DNA of 64,000 nt from Craspedostauros australis. Its lineage: Eukaryota. Position numbers and translations under genes: made by a program. The notes under the pieces were generated by a model. That model ran no database searches, was not told the origin of the DNA, and saw nothing but the letters and a program-made list of their open reading frames with translations. The stretch lies in NCBI GenBank assembly GCA_030167865.1, contig JALAGF010003778.1, positions 1-64,000 on the forward strand. Reading direction: 5' to 3'. Shown here one piece after another: positions 9,560 through 19,447 of this stretch; the first letter of the stretch is position 1; each line of letters begins with the position of its first letter.

Positions 9560-11524
9560 ATGAAGCGCGCCAGAGTGGAGACGTCCACCACGGGGCTGCT
9601 GGAGGCATCGTCGAGCCTGCGCAGCGACAGGCTGAACATCGTGTCGATGTCCGAGCTGCAGAGCCTGCGGTCGGAGCTGGAGCACGAACGCGCCATGCGA
9701 GCGCTGGATGAGAAGCGATTCCGCCAAGCGCAGCAACGCTCCGAGCGGCACCTGCAGTTCGCCGTGGAGGAGGCCAACGAGGCGAAGGCGATGCTGGACG
9801 ATGTCACGCAGAAGAGCGAAGCGCACGTCCGCCAGCTGCGTGCGGCACGCGACGACGCCTTGGCGCAGCTGCGAGAAGCGCAGGCCGATCTGCGCGAGGT
9901 GCAGTCCGCGGCGGCCATTGACGATCTGGAGAAGCGCGACGATCCGGAGTACGTCAACCTCAAAGACATCATCCAGGCCAAGGCCGATGAGAATGACGGG
10001 CTCCGCCAGCAGCTCAGGGGCTTGCAGGCGGAGGTCAGGAGTCTGTCGAAGCAGCAGCAGCAGGATTCAGACTCCAAGCGAACGACGCCCGCATTCGGGG
10101 CGGCCGATTCGCAGCCACCGACAATGTCGCCGGTCCGATCGGATCTCATGAAGGAGCTCAATCGCATCCGCCTCTCTCTGGCCGATGCGGAACGCAAGCT
10201 CCGCCAGGTCTCCAGATCATCGGACGAATGGGAAAGCAAGGCCAAGCAGCTGATCGGGCAGCGCGAATCGGCGCAGCTGGCCGTGCTGCGGTTGGAGAAG
10301 GTCGAGCTGGACTTTGCCAAGCTCCGCAAGGATCATGAGATGGCCCAGGTCCAAATCGAGACTTGGAGGAAGTTTGGGACGTCGATCCGCGCCTTCATGA
10401 CCAGCCTGGATGCCGAGCAGCAGCCCAGGGCCTTCGATGCCAACGTTCCGCCGGAGGTGGCCGCCATCAAGTGCTTCATCGACGAGTGTCAGGAGAAGCT
10501 GCGACAATCCGAGGCGGCCCGTGCCTTGCTGGAGCAGCAGCTGTCCGACGGCAAGCAGGCAGTCTCCACGCTCGAGGCCAAATGCCACAGCATGGCATCG
10601 AGCCAGGAGAGCCAGGCCCAGGAAAAGAGGGACATGCAAGATAAGATCGATCGTCTCGACCAGGAGCTGACGACGTTGCGGGCGCAAGAGCGTATTTGGA
10701 AACGCGAAACCGACAGCCTGCGTTCTCTCGTGGACACGCTGGATGAGTTGCCGCAGCGATCCGCCGCATCCACCACGGGCAGCGCGATTGCGTTGCAGGG
10801 GCAACTGGAGGCTGCGACCAACGAAATCAAGGTGCTCACGGAGGATCGGGAGAAGCTCAGGAAGGACATCGAAGAACGCGTCAAGGAGAAGGAGACCATC
10901 ATGAAGAAGTTCAACAAATGCAAGGAGGCCGTGTACGCCGAACGCGACAAGTCCGCCAAAGCGGAAGCCCGTGCGATCCAGGCGGAGACTCTGGCGGGCA
11001 AGGGCGCCTTCAACCCCGAGACGACCAAGGTGCTTCATCTCAAGTCCAACCCGCTGACGGAGGCATTGAAGACCGAGCTTGCCGTTCTTCGCAAGCAGCT
11101 CAAGGCGTTATCCAGTGAAGCCTCCGCCGCATCCCGCCCTGCCACGGGCAAGGATCTTGACCCGGAAAAGCTCCACCAGCGGCTGCGGCAATCGTTCAAG
11201 GAGCAGATCGGCCGCTTCCGCGAAGGCGTCTACCTCCTGACGGGGTACAAGATCGACATGATCCCAGGTGATGACCGACCGACCTTCCGCGTGCGTTCCA
11301 TGTTCGCCGAGCAAGAGCAGGACCATCTCATGCTGCGTTGGCCTCAGCAGCCCAGCGGCAGCAACCCCGGCGATTCCATCACGTCGCTTGACATCATGAA
11401 CACGGAAATGGCGCGCGTCCTCACCACAACACCGTCCTATGATTACATGACCAAGTTCCACAGCCTTCCGGCATTCATGGCAAGCGTCCAGCTATCCTTG
11501 TTCGAGAAGCAGACCATGATGTAG
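9560..11524 (+). CDS. MAD1: Mitotic spindle checkpoint protein MAD1
   Basis: Long coiled coil. Mad2-interaction motif KVLHLKSNP. RLK-like motif QRLRQSF. C-terminal RWD-like domain FREGVYLLTGYKID...FRVRSMFAE...SLPAFMASVQLSLFEKQT. First ATG in the ORF is at 9560 (MKRAR), giving 654 aa. Confidence 0.9.
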   Translation: MKRARVETSTTGLLEASSSLRSDRLNIVSMSELQSLRSELEHERAMRALDEKRFRQAQQRSERHLQFAVEEANEAKAMLDDVTQKSEAHVRQLRAARDDALAQLREAQADLREVQSAAAIDDLEKRDDPEYVNLKDIIQAKADENDGLRQQLRGLQAEVRSLSKQQQQDSDSKRTTPAFGAADSQPPTMSPVRSDLMKELNRIRLSLADAERKLRQVSRSSDEWESKAKQLIGQRESAQLAVLRLEKVELDFAKLRKDHEMAQVQIETWRKFGTSIRAFMTSLDAEQQPRAFDANVPPEVAAIKCFIDECQEKLRQSEAARALLEQQLSDGKQAVSTLEAKCHSMASSQESQAQEKRDMQDKIDRLDQELTTLRAQERIWKRETDSLRSLVDTLDELPQRSAASTTGSAIALQGQLEAATNEIKVLTEDREKLRKDIEERVKEKETIMKKFNKCKEAVYAERDKSAKAEARAIQAETLAGKGAFNPETTKVLHLKSNPLTEALKTELAVLRKQLKALSSEASAASRPATGKDLDPEKLHQRLRQSFKEQIGRFREGVYLLTGYKIDMIPGDDRPTFRVRSMFAEQEQDHLMLRWPQQPSGSNPGDSITSLDIMNTEMARVLTTTPSYDYMTKFHSLPAFMASVQLSLFEKQTMM

Positions 11525-11688
11525 GCCTTGGTGCGGACCATGATGTAGGCTGTGGCGTAACAGCGAGATCCTGCGACTCTAATGCAATCTCTCAATTCAT
11601 TATCGATCGCAGCGCATTAGTGCTTGCACAAATAGTCTGCTCTACTCTACACATTCATGTACTACTTATTCTATGTATTATACAATCA

Positions 11689-12780
11689 TCACTGCTTCGT
11701 TGCCACAAGTTCCTTTCCACCATTGGTTGGAGAGTCGAGCTTCTTTCGGAGAAGCACGCCGATCGTTTTGGAGATCAACGTCTCCTTATCCTCCAATTGA
11801 CATGCCTTGGGCGACGATGACAGCGATTGTGACTGCGACTGGGACAGCGTCGCTCGCGGTGCCTTGATGACAAATTGCGTGCTGATGGACACACCGCGAC
11901 TCCTCTGTTCCTGCAGCTGCCTCGTGCGCGCCTCCACGACGTCCTTTCGGAACTTGCCTTCCGAAAGCTGATGCACGCTGAGCGATCCGTCCGCCAGACC
12001 CCCGCAGGCCATGAGGAAGCGCTTGCCGGGCAGATACCGCGGCGACTTGAGCATGACCTTGTCGGGATGCTTGGCGATGACGAAATCGGCAATGGCCTGC
12101 GCACGATTCGCCGCGATGCCACCCGCCGCAATGGCCGCGGCATCCACCACGATCCCGTTGATGACCATGCCGCTGACGAGCGGTGCCAGCGCCGCCGATG
12201 GACCCGCCAGCACGCCCGCGCTGGCCGCGGTCAACATGCAGCCCATGCAGAAGGCCGCCGGGATTGCTGCCGTCTGAAGGAGGTGGCGGTTGGAATCGGC
12301 GGCCGTGGGGATGGATCGCTCATCGCCGACCATGACGTGAACATGGTACGGGCTCAGCACGATGCCGCCCGTCTGGCGTCGAGTCCAGCTCGCAGCCTCG
12401 CCTGGTTGCAGCACCTGCGGTCGGTAGAAGATGCCGCGCTCCAGGACGACGACGATGGAGTGGTTGGTGTTGTTGTAGACCGTCGGGCAATGGGCCGCCT
12501 CTTGGAACGTCAGAAGCGTGTCTTGAGGCGTCGTTGTCAGTGTCGTCGTTGTTGTCGCTGCTGCTCCTGCTTCTGACTCTGTCAGCGCACCCATTTTCGT
12601 TTCTGTTTCTGTTCCGGCAACAATGGACGATTCCACTTCATCACCTTCGTTGGCGACTGTGATCTTCGACTGGATGGAGGCAGTGGGATCGTCCAAGCAA
12701 GCATCGGACGATGCCATCAAGGCGGCTTCATCTCCGCGCTTGCCATTTCCGCGATTGTTGCTGGACTGAAAGAACACCAT
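11689..12780 (-). CDS. Hypothetical protein with a small beta-rich domain and a Gly/Ala-rich hydrophobic segment
   Basis: 363-aa ORF with host-like codon usage in its core. TVYNNTNHSIVVVLERG...VLQPGEA segment, then a ~55-aa Ala/Gly hydrophobic stretch (AAIPAAFCMG...AAGGIAA). Confidence 0.7.
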   Translation of the reverse strand: MVFFQSSNNRGNGKRGDEAALMASSDACLDDPTASIQSKITVANEGDEVESSIVAGTETETKMGALTESEAGAAATTTTTLTTTPQDTLLTFQEAAHCPTVYNNTNHSIVVVLERGIFYRPQVLQPGEAASWTRRQTGGIVLSPYHVHVMVGDERSIPTAADSNRHLLQTAAIPAAFCMGCMLTAASAGVLAGPSAALAPLVSGMVINGIVVDAAAIAAGGIAANRAQAIADFVIAKHPDKVMLKSPRYLPGKRFLMACGGLADGSLSVHQLSEGKFRKDVVEARTRQLQEQRSRGVSISTQFVIKAPRATLSQSQSQSLSSSPKACQLEDKETLISKTIGVLLRKKLDSPTNGGKELVATKQ

Positions 12781-13235
12781 CGTCCACGCTCCGTTTCACA
12801 CGCTGCGGACGTATTCCTGCTTTCTCCTCGGACTCGCGCGGATGCACAGCAGTTGTTCTCGGAGATCGTCGTCGTCGAGCTTGTGGTTCCTGCCACTTAC
12901 TCTGCACTGCTTGCTATCTTCTTCTTGATGGTCGGGCACGGGGATAGGTGAACGCAATGACTATCGCGGAGGGATTGTTCCTTTGTGAAGTATGTGCATG
13001 TTTTCCCACGTTCCACATCATCCGTTGGATGACCATTGAGATGCACGACTCGAAAGATTTGGAGAAGAGTGAGAACTTGCGGGATCGAGTTCCGTGAGTC
13101 GGAGGAAAAGAACGCTCTGAGTTAGGATTCGAGCGTAGTCGGCGCGAATCGGTGGAGAATGCCTCGTGAATCTGCCGGCTTCGGGATAGCCGTGTGATGC
13201 AGTTCAAGAGAGGTGTGCTGTTGAAGAGTTATAAC

Positions 13236-13898
13236 TGTAACGATGAGTAGAAGAGTGCTTTGTAGCTAATCCTTGTCTGTGTTTATTATGAGTTAGCTTG
13301 TAGTGTTAATAGGGTGAAGAAACGATGCCACACAACTTGGCGAGACCCTGCACTGATGTACTTGGTTCAGTGCTCAGAGTAGATGATCATAACAGTGCCT
13401 TGCTCTCCGCACATGTAGATACACTGTAGTATAGGCCATGACGCAGGTTGGTGACAGTCATGAAGCAGTGGTTGTGGCTGGAGCTGATCCTCGGATTCCA
13501 TTGCTCAAGTTGAAGCAAGTTAGATACACACATTGAGACTACGGCAATGATGCAGTAGTCATCAGCGTGAAGGGAATCGAGGTATGTTGTAGTGAAAGGA
13601 TCTGAGGAGCATATAGTTCCCAGGGTGAGGTGTGAGTCAGGTCGGTCATGTTTGAGTCATGATGGATTCGTGAATGGAGGAGAGAAAGGAGGAGAAAGGA
13701 TTTGATGGCCGATCAAGTCGGAAGATTTCGCGCCAAAACAAGAATTTTTCCCATCTGGTTGATACCGTGTTCGGTAATAGTCTGTCCCTCATTGAATCTC
13801 AACTCTCTGCCTCCTCCACCGGATTCTGCAATTCGCAAATGTGTATTGCACGTCAGAAGCAAAAGCGATGCATGCAAGGTTGTCGAGCTTGGGTTACA
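13236..13898. mobile_element. Possible degenerate/solo LTR
   Basis: Bounded by TGTAAC (13236) and GTTACA (13898). ORF-free and relatively CpG-poor in its left two thirds. Minus-strand AATAAA near the left end. No target-site duplication is visible, so this is tentative. Confidence 0.25.
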
Positions 13899-13981
13899 GC
13901 ATGATGTGACGCGTAGTTTATTCGAACATATTATATTATATGCCGTACCCTCCAAAGTGCGATGAATCTCTTGCCTCCACG

Positions 13982-16372
13982 CTACTCGAATGAGTTGTTG
14001 TCGAATCCCAGACCCTCCATGAGATCATCGTCATCGTCATCATCTTCGTCTTCATCTTCATCATCATCCAAGATCGGCTCCATGTCAAGGTTCAGCTGGT
14101 TCTCCAATGAACCGCGAAAGTCTGCCGATGCTGCTGCCCCGGAGGAACCGTACTCGGAAGAGTCGTCAGCACCGCTGTGGCCACCGTCGCCATTCTTCTT
14201 CCTCTTTCCTTGATACATAGGGATGGGGTGAACAAGACCAGCGTTGACGGCATCTCGAAGATTCTCGCATGCCACCCACTCGATTCCATCCATGGTCCTC
14301 GTGCTTGCCGTCGTGTACGATGAGCCTCCACCGCGTTTCCCTTTGCTGTAGTTGCGGCGCTTGAACTTGTTGTTGGGATGTGGCGGTGTGATGACACGGG
14401 AGAAGCCCATGCGACGGGCCTCCTCCACTCGTCTCTCCAGGTTGGGAATGCGCCGCAGCTCGCCCAGCAGTCCAATCTCTCCGCAGAACGCGGTGTCACC
14501 ACGGATCGGAATGGACTTCAAGCTGCTCGCCAGCGCAACGGCGATGGCCAGATCGGAGGCGTGCGCGCCCGACTCGCCTCTGCTCAATTCCAAGGCACCC
14601 GCGACGTTCACGTACACGTCGTGGCGTCCAAAGAATAAGCGCAGGTGCTTTTGCAGGACTCCAAGCAGGAGCTGAATGCGGGAGTACGAAATGCCGTTGG
14701 CGTTGCGTCGGGGTCGTTGTTCCGATGCCGAGAAGGATGTGACGAGTGCTTGGATTTCGACCGTCAGAACGCGCAGGGTGCCCTCGACGACCAGCGCCAC
14801 GGCGCAACCTTCCAGATCCTTGGTCTCGATGCGGTTGGCCAGGAGGAACGACGAAGGATCTGAGATGGGGAGCAACCGTCCCGTCGTCATCTCGTAGACT
14901 CCAACTTCAGTTGAGGAACCGAAGCGATTCTTGGCGGCTCGCAGCATTCGCAGGTTGCTGTTGTCCGCGCCACCGGACGAGGTTCCTTCGAGGTAGAGCA
15001 CGGCGTCCACCATGTGCTCGACGGTGCGAGGTCCTGCCACATCTCCGGACTTGGTGACATGCCCCACCAGGATGATGGGAATGCCAACGGATTTGGCCAG
15101 CCGGAGCAGGAGCGCCACGCATTCTCGCACCTGCGTGACGCCGCCCGCCGCTGACGAGCCACCAGCATCGCACACCATGGTCTGGATGGAGTCGACGATC
15201 AGTAGCGACGGCGCCTTTGGTCTCAGCAATTCCCTGGTTGCCGCGTCGGTCGCCTCGGCATCCAGCCGTTCGCTGTCCTGTTCCTGGAAGGCGTGGCGAG
15301 GTTGCAGCAAGTCCACGACCTGCTCGCACAAGATGTTGACTTGCGTTTCGCTGAGCAGGAATAGCTCGCTGGATGCAATGCCCAGCCTGGAGGCTCTGGA
15401 CGCAATCTGCTCCGGCGTCTCCTCTCCTGAAACGTACCACACTGGCCCTGTCGTTTCACCGCTTGGATTGACGTTGCCGCTTTCCGAGCCGCCCATTCCA
15501 ATGCCAACCGTGGGCGTTGCCAACGTCGCCACACTTGCCGCGGTTTGCAACAGCAGCGTGCTCTTTCCCACACCGGGATCGCCGCCGAGCAGCACCAGGG
15601 AACCCTTCATCAACCCACCGCCCAGCACGGTGTTGAGCTCATCGTCGCCCGGGATCTTGATGCGATTGCGTTTCTTGCGCTGACCGACAATGCCGGTGGC
15701 GTCCTCGCTGTCACCGTCGGTTCCGTATTCCGCGATGATATCCGTCATGCGCACGGGCGGGACCATGTAGCCTGCCGCCGCGGACTGCTTCCCGGTCGAA
15801 TCCGCGAGGATGCCGTCCAACCAGGAGGAAGAGGATGCTGCACTGCTACGACCTTGACTGGCGAAGCTGGGACGCCCCGCATCCGTCGGACCTCGCGCGA
15901 CCGCGAATTCTTGGAGCGTGTTCCACTCCTTGCAGGTGGGACAGCGCCCCATCCACTTGACGAATTCGCTGCCGCAGTTGGTGCAGACGTGCACCGTGGT
16001 GGATGCGCCGGAGGACGTTCCCATGGCCTTGCGCTGCGACGGTGCCGATTTTCCGCGGTTCAATCCGTAGTGCGGAGATGAGTTGGGAGGGTAGAAATCC
16101 TTGACGTTGACTTCTGGTGGATCGTCATCATCGTCGTCGTCGTCATCGTAGTTGTTCTCGTAGTCCTTGCTCTTGCCATACTTGTGCTTTGAGGCGGCCA
16201 CAGCCACAAGATTCCTTCTATACCGGTGCTGCTGCTGCTGCTGCTGCTTCTGTTGATGGTGAGGGAGCTGGCGGCCCACCAACGGAGCAAAGCCATCGAC
16301 CCGAGTTGTTGCGGCTGCGATGATAACCGTGGCGATCAGCAGCATCGATCTGGCGCTCCCGACGAAGCGCAT
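13982..16372 (-). CDS. radA: DNA repair protein RadA/Sms, plastid-targeted
   Basis: C4 zinc finger CTNCG...GRCPTCKEWNT, Walker A GGDPGVGKST, YVSGEE, LIVDSIQT, GHVTKSGDVAGPRTVEHMVD, the RadA signature KNRFG, and a Lon-like C-terminal domain (GEIGLLGELR). Signal peptide plus DG-FAP motif after Met at 16372. The ORF extends upstream to 16516 with further in-frame ATGs. Confidence 0.93.
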   Translation of the reverse strand: MRFVGSARSMLLIATVIIAAATTRVDGFAPLVGRQLPHHQQKQQQQQQHRYRRNLVAVAASKHKYGKSKDYENNYDDDDDDDDDPPEVNVKDFYPPNSSPHYGLNRGKSAPSQRKAMGTSSGASTTVHVCTNCGSEFVKWMGRCPTCKEWNTLQEFAVARGPTDAGRPSFASQGRSSAASSSSWLDGILADSTGKQSAAAGYMVPPVRMTDIIAEYGTDGDSEDATGIVGQRKKRNRIKIPGDDELNTVLGGGLMKGSLVLLGGDPGVGKSTLLLQTAASVATLATPTVGIGMGGSESGNVNPSGETTGPVWYVSGEETPEQIASRASRLGIASSELFLLSETQVNILCEQVVDLLQPRHAFQEQDSERLDAEATDAATRELLRPKAPSLLIVDSIQTMVCDAGGSSAAGGVTQVRECVALLLRLAKSVGIPIILVGHVTKSGDVAGPRTVEHMVDAVLYLEGTSSGGADNSNLRMLRAAKNRFGSSTEVGVYEMTTGRLLPISDPSSFLLANRIETKDLEGCAVALVVEGTLRVLTVEIQALVTSFSASEQRPRRNANGISYSRIQLLLGVLQKHLRLFFGRHDVYVNVAGALELSRGESGAHASDLAIAVALASSLKSIPIRGDTAFCGEIGLLGELRRIPNLERRVEEARRMGFSRVITPPHPNNKFKRRNYSKGKRGGGSSYTTASTRTMDGIEWVACENLRDAVNAGLVHPIPMYQGKRKKNGDGGHSGADDSSEYGSSGAAASADFRGSLENQLNLDMEPILDDDEDEDEDDDDDDDLMEGLGFDNNSFE

Positions 16373-17396
16373 GCTGGAAGACTGACTTGATGCAGTCGCT
16401 GTCTCTGGGAGATGATCATGAACGCGTCGGGTGTTGGCAAGGTCGGCCATTGTCGTGTTGATGCTTGTGCTTGTGCTTGTGCACCACTCGTTCTTCATGA
16501 TGTCCAACACCATCATGTCATCCGTTGTTGTGTTATTACCAGTTGTACAGCAGTACGACCTATAATACGACTATTCGAAGCACCGTATCCTCTCCAGCGT
16601 CTTCGTTCCTCTTGAATTGCTTCGTATAATTGCATGTATGGTATGATAGAATACAATACTATGATAGTATGGTACGATGGTGATCGTGGGGTACGACTAC
16701 ACACCCTTCTCCCACCACATGGAGATTCTCTCTGATGCCGCTGTTGCGAACGACAGCGACATCAGCAACAGCAACAACACGGATCTTTTCTCTCTTTCGC
16801 TTTGCGCGCGGCGAAAGGGGATGCGAAGGGTGCTGTGTTCGCCAAGTTCGGGTTTTTTGGTTGATTTGCAACGGAGCAGTCGAAGTGGTCGAAGGCTTCT
16901 CAAATCGATGGATGCGACAAGGTATCTTGTGAGAAATGGGAAAAGCAAGGAACAGCACAACACCGACATCCCCGAACCATGATTGGAAGAGAATGGAGAT
17001 GACATGACCACAGCAAGAAAGGAGCAGAAGAGGCAAGGAATGATTACGGGCTGCTGATGGCAGAGATGATGGTGGAAGAGCAGGAAGCGATTCTATCTGC
17101 AACTTGAGCTGTTCCAACACGAAACAAGCTGCAATAGTCTGCACAATACCATTGCTGTCGCCGTTCTTGTCCATCTCACAGATTTTGAAACAGTTTGCAT
17201 CGATCATCATCATCATCATCATACTCGCACATAATATAATCCGCACGAGCAGAGTGACCATCAACGCACTTCGACAGCACTCCTTCATAAAGTATTGCAG
17301 ATCGAGCAACGATATCAAATACGCTGCGAGTATTCTATACTATAACAGTATATTCTATTCTATTCTATTCTATTAATACACTTGAGTTGCGCAACG

Positions 17397-18485
17397 ATGA
17401 CATTGATGGACAAGGCGAAGAAGAAGATCAAGGCCAAGGAGGCGGAGATCAAGGGCAAGTCGTGGCTGAGCAATGTCAAGACCGAAGATGGTGCGTGGAA
17501 GGACCTGCAGGGTTGGAAGGACCACTTCGAGCCCAAGACGGTGCCCACCGACCAACAGATCGCCAGGCAGAACAAGGTCAAGGCCAAGGCCATGGACGTC
17601 GCCATGGTCAAGCTCGAGGATGGGGTATCCGCGGAACTCATCAAGGCCATTCTGGAGATCACATCCACCGTCCTCGAGAAGATCATCGAGACCATCAGCA
17701 GCCACAAGGATCCGGCACACGACGCGATCCGACGCATCCTAAAATCCATCGACATCGTGGTGCTGTCCTTCCGCTTCGAGACCAAGTCGAACAAACACCA
17801 AGTCGCCCACATTCGTCAACAGGCCTGCTCGGAGCTGTTGGACATCGTGCACCCGCTCATCACGAACTCCAAAGACGCCCTCCAGATGCTGAGCAAGACC
17901 TTGCGCCAGCACTTCGCGTCGCAGAGGGACCAGATGCCGTCCATCGTGTCATCGCGCGTGCGGCTCATGATCGGCCAGGCCAATGCCCAACTCGACGAGC
18001 GCGTCGACGATAAGATTGCCAAGACGCAGGCGACCGTCAAGGACCACGTTGCCAAGGCAGTTGGGATGGGCGCGCCACCTGCCGCAGGTGCTCATGAGGA
18101 ACGCGCCAAAGAAGACGCGCTCGCGACAGCGGCTGTGGTGCGCCAGCGCAAGGATGAGGCCGTCGTGCAGTTCGCGTCCATGCTGGAGACCATGATCGTG
18201 TCCAGGCTGATGCTGCTGGATGAGCAGATCTCCGAATGCATGGATCGCCTGTTGGCTCAGGTGGAGATGGCGATTGGGATGTACACCTTCAAGGGTCCAT
18301 CAATCGTCAAGAACAAGAAATCTCCCAGCAGCAAGGAGGAGGCGGAAGAGCACATGCTGGCAACGCTGAAGCAGCAATACAAGGAAACGAAGGCGCACAT
18401 CAAGAGTGAGATCGGCGCCATGTTGTCCATGATGAAGGCGTTCGTCAACGACGACGACAATGATGAGGATGACGAAGGGTCTTGA
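17397..18485 (+). CDS. Hypothetical alpha-helical protein
   Basis: About 360-aa ORF with strong host codon bias (AAG, GAG, ATC). Predicted helical or coiled-coil character with an acidic C-terminus. First ATG at 17397. Confidence 0.7.
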   Translation: MTLMDKAKKKIKAKEAEIKGKSWLSNVKTEDGAWKDLQGWKDHFEPKTVPTDQQIARQNKVKAKAMDVAMVKLEDGVSAELIKAILEITSTVLEKIIETISSHKDPAHDAIRRILKSIDIVVLSFRFETKSNKHQVAHIRQQACSELLDIVHPLITNSKDALQMLSKTLRQHFASQRDQMPSIVSSRVRLMIGQANAQLDERVDDKIAKTQATVKDHVAKAVGMGAPPAAGAHEERAKEDALATAAVVRQRKDEAVVQFASMLETMIVSRLMLLDEQISECMDRLLAQVEMAIGMYTFKGPSIVKNKKSPSSKEEAEEHMLATLKQQYKETKAHIKSEIGAMLSMMKAFVNDDDNDEDDEGS

Positions 18486-19447
18486 AGTGGAGCGTAGATT
18501 AGGGCAATGCCAAGCTGCAGAGTCGAGTCGAGTTGAGTACGCGTCGAGTGCTCCATTCGACTTCGATACAAGTACATTCATAATATTCTACGTATGATTG
18601 GAGCAGTTCCTCTGTACGTGCACGCTTCATGTGGCAACGACGCAGTTTTGTCCGTTTCGTTTCTCCACTATTTTGGCCATGCTTGTGTTTGGTGAGTGCG
18701 TTTGCGGACAACATCAGGGAGGCCCCCATCACACGAAGGATTTGTTGCGCTCTGCGCGGGTGCAACTGCTTCTCTGTCCTGTCGGTAGTCGTTGTCCTCC
18801 TCCTTGTGGAAGAGTGCGCGTAGTAGTATGTGAGAGAAACACTTTCGATTGGAGTGGAATAGCCCGTATAGCGCAAGAAACGGTCGCAGCCAACCATTCT
18901 GCGAGAGTTCCTCTCCAAGCACGCGCGAGATGAGAAAGAAGCAAGGACGTTTGATGCAGCTCGTAGGGCACACTATTTGCGTGTATAACAATAGTCCGGG
19001 GAGAAGGTGCTGTTCAGCGGGGGAAGTATGCAGTGCTTAGACGAGTCGTCGGGTTGATCCCTTACAGACGAAGTTATTGTGTATGCTATGTATGTAGGTA
19101 TTGGTATGTCAACAGATAGTGGAACATGCGTCTCTCGGCGTTTGTTCGTTGATTGATTGATTGGGTGGTTCAGGATGGATGGATGGTGGGTAGGGTACGA
19201 TATGGTACGATGTAGCACCACGCAATAACGCGGTGCAGGTACAGGAGGTGTAGGATCACAATCACGGCTTGGACAGTTGTTGTCGAAGGATTGTGATGTG
19301 GGCAAGGAGCCTCACCTTGAGGCTCTGCCATGTGGGGGCGCGAGGATCGTGCGAGTACACGCCCACGTTCGCATTCGCGGTTGTGTGCGCAGTCGTGCGT
19401 CTTGGGGTATGTGCATGTGGGAGATGGTTGCATCCGTGTGATAGAGC

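Noticed and set aside
16659..17318. 219-aa minus-strand ORF and overlapping short ORFs
   Set aside because: Low-complexity, with no host codon bias or motifs. It lies in the divergent promoter region between radA and the 17397 gene.
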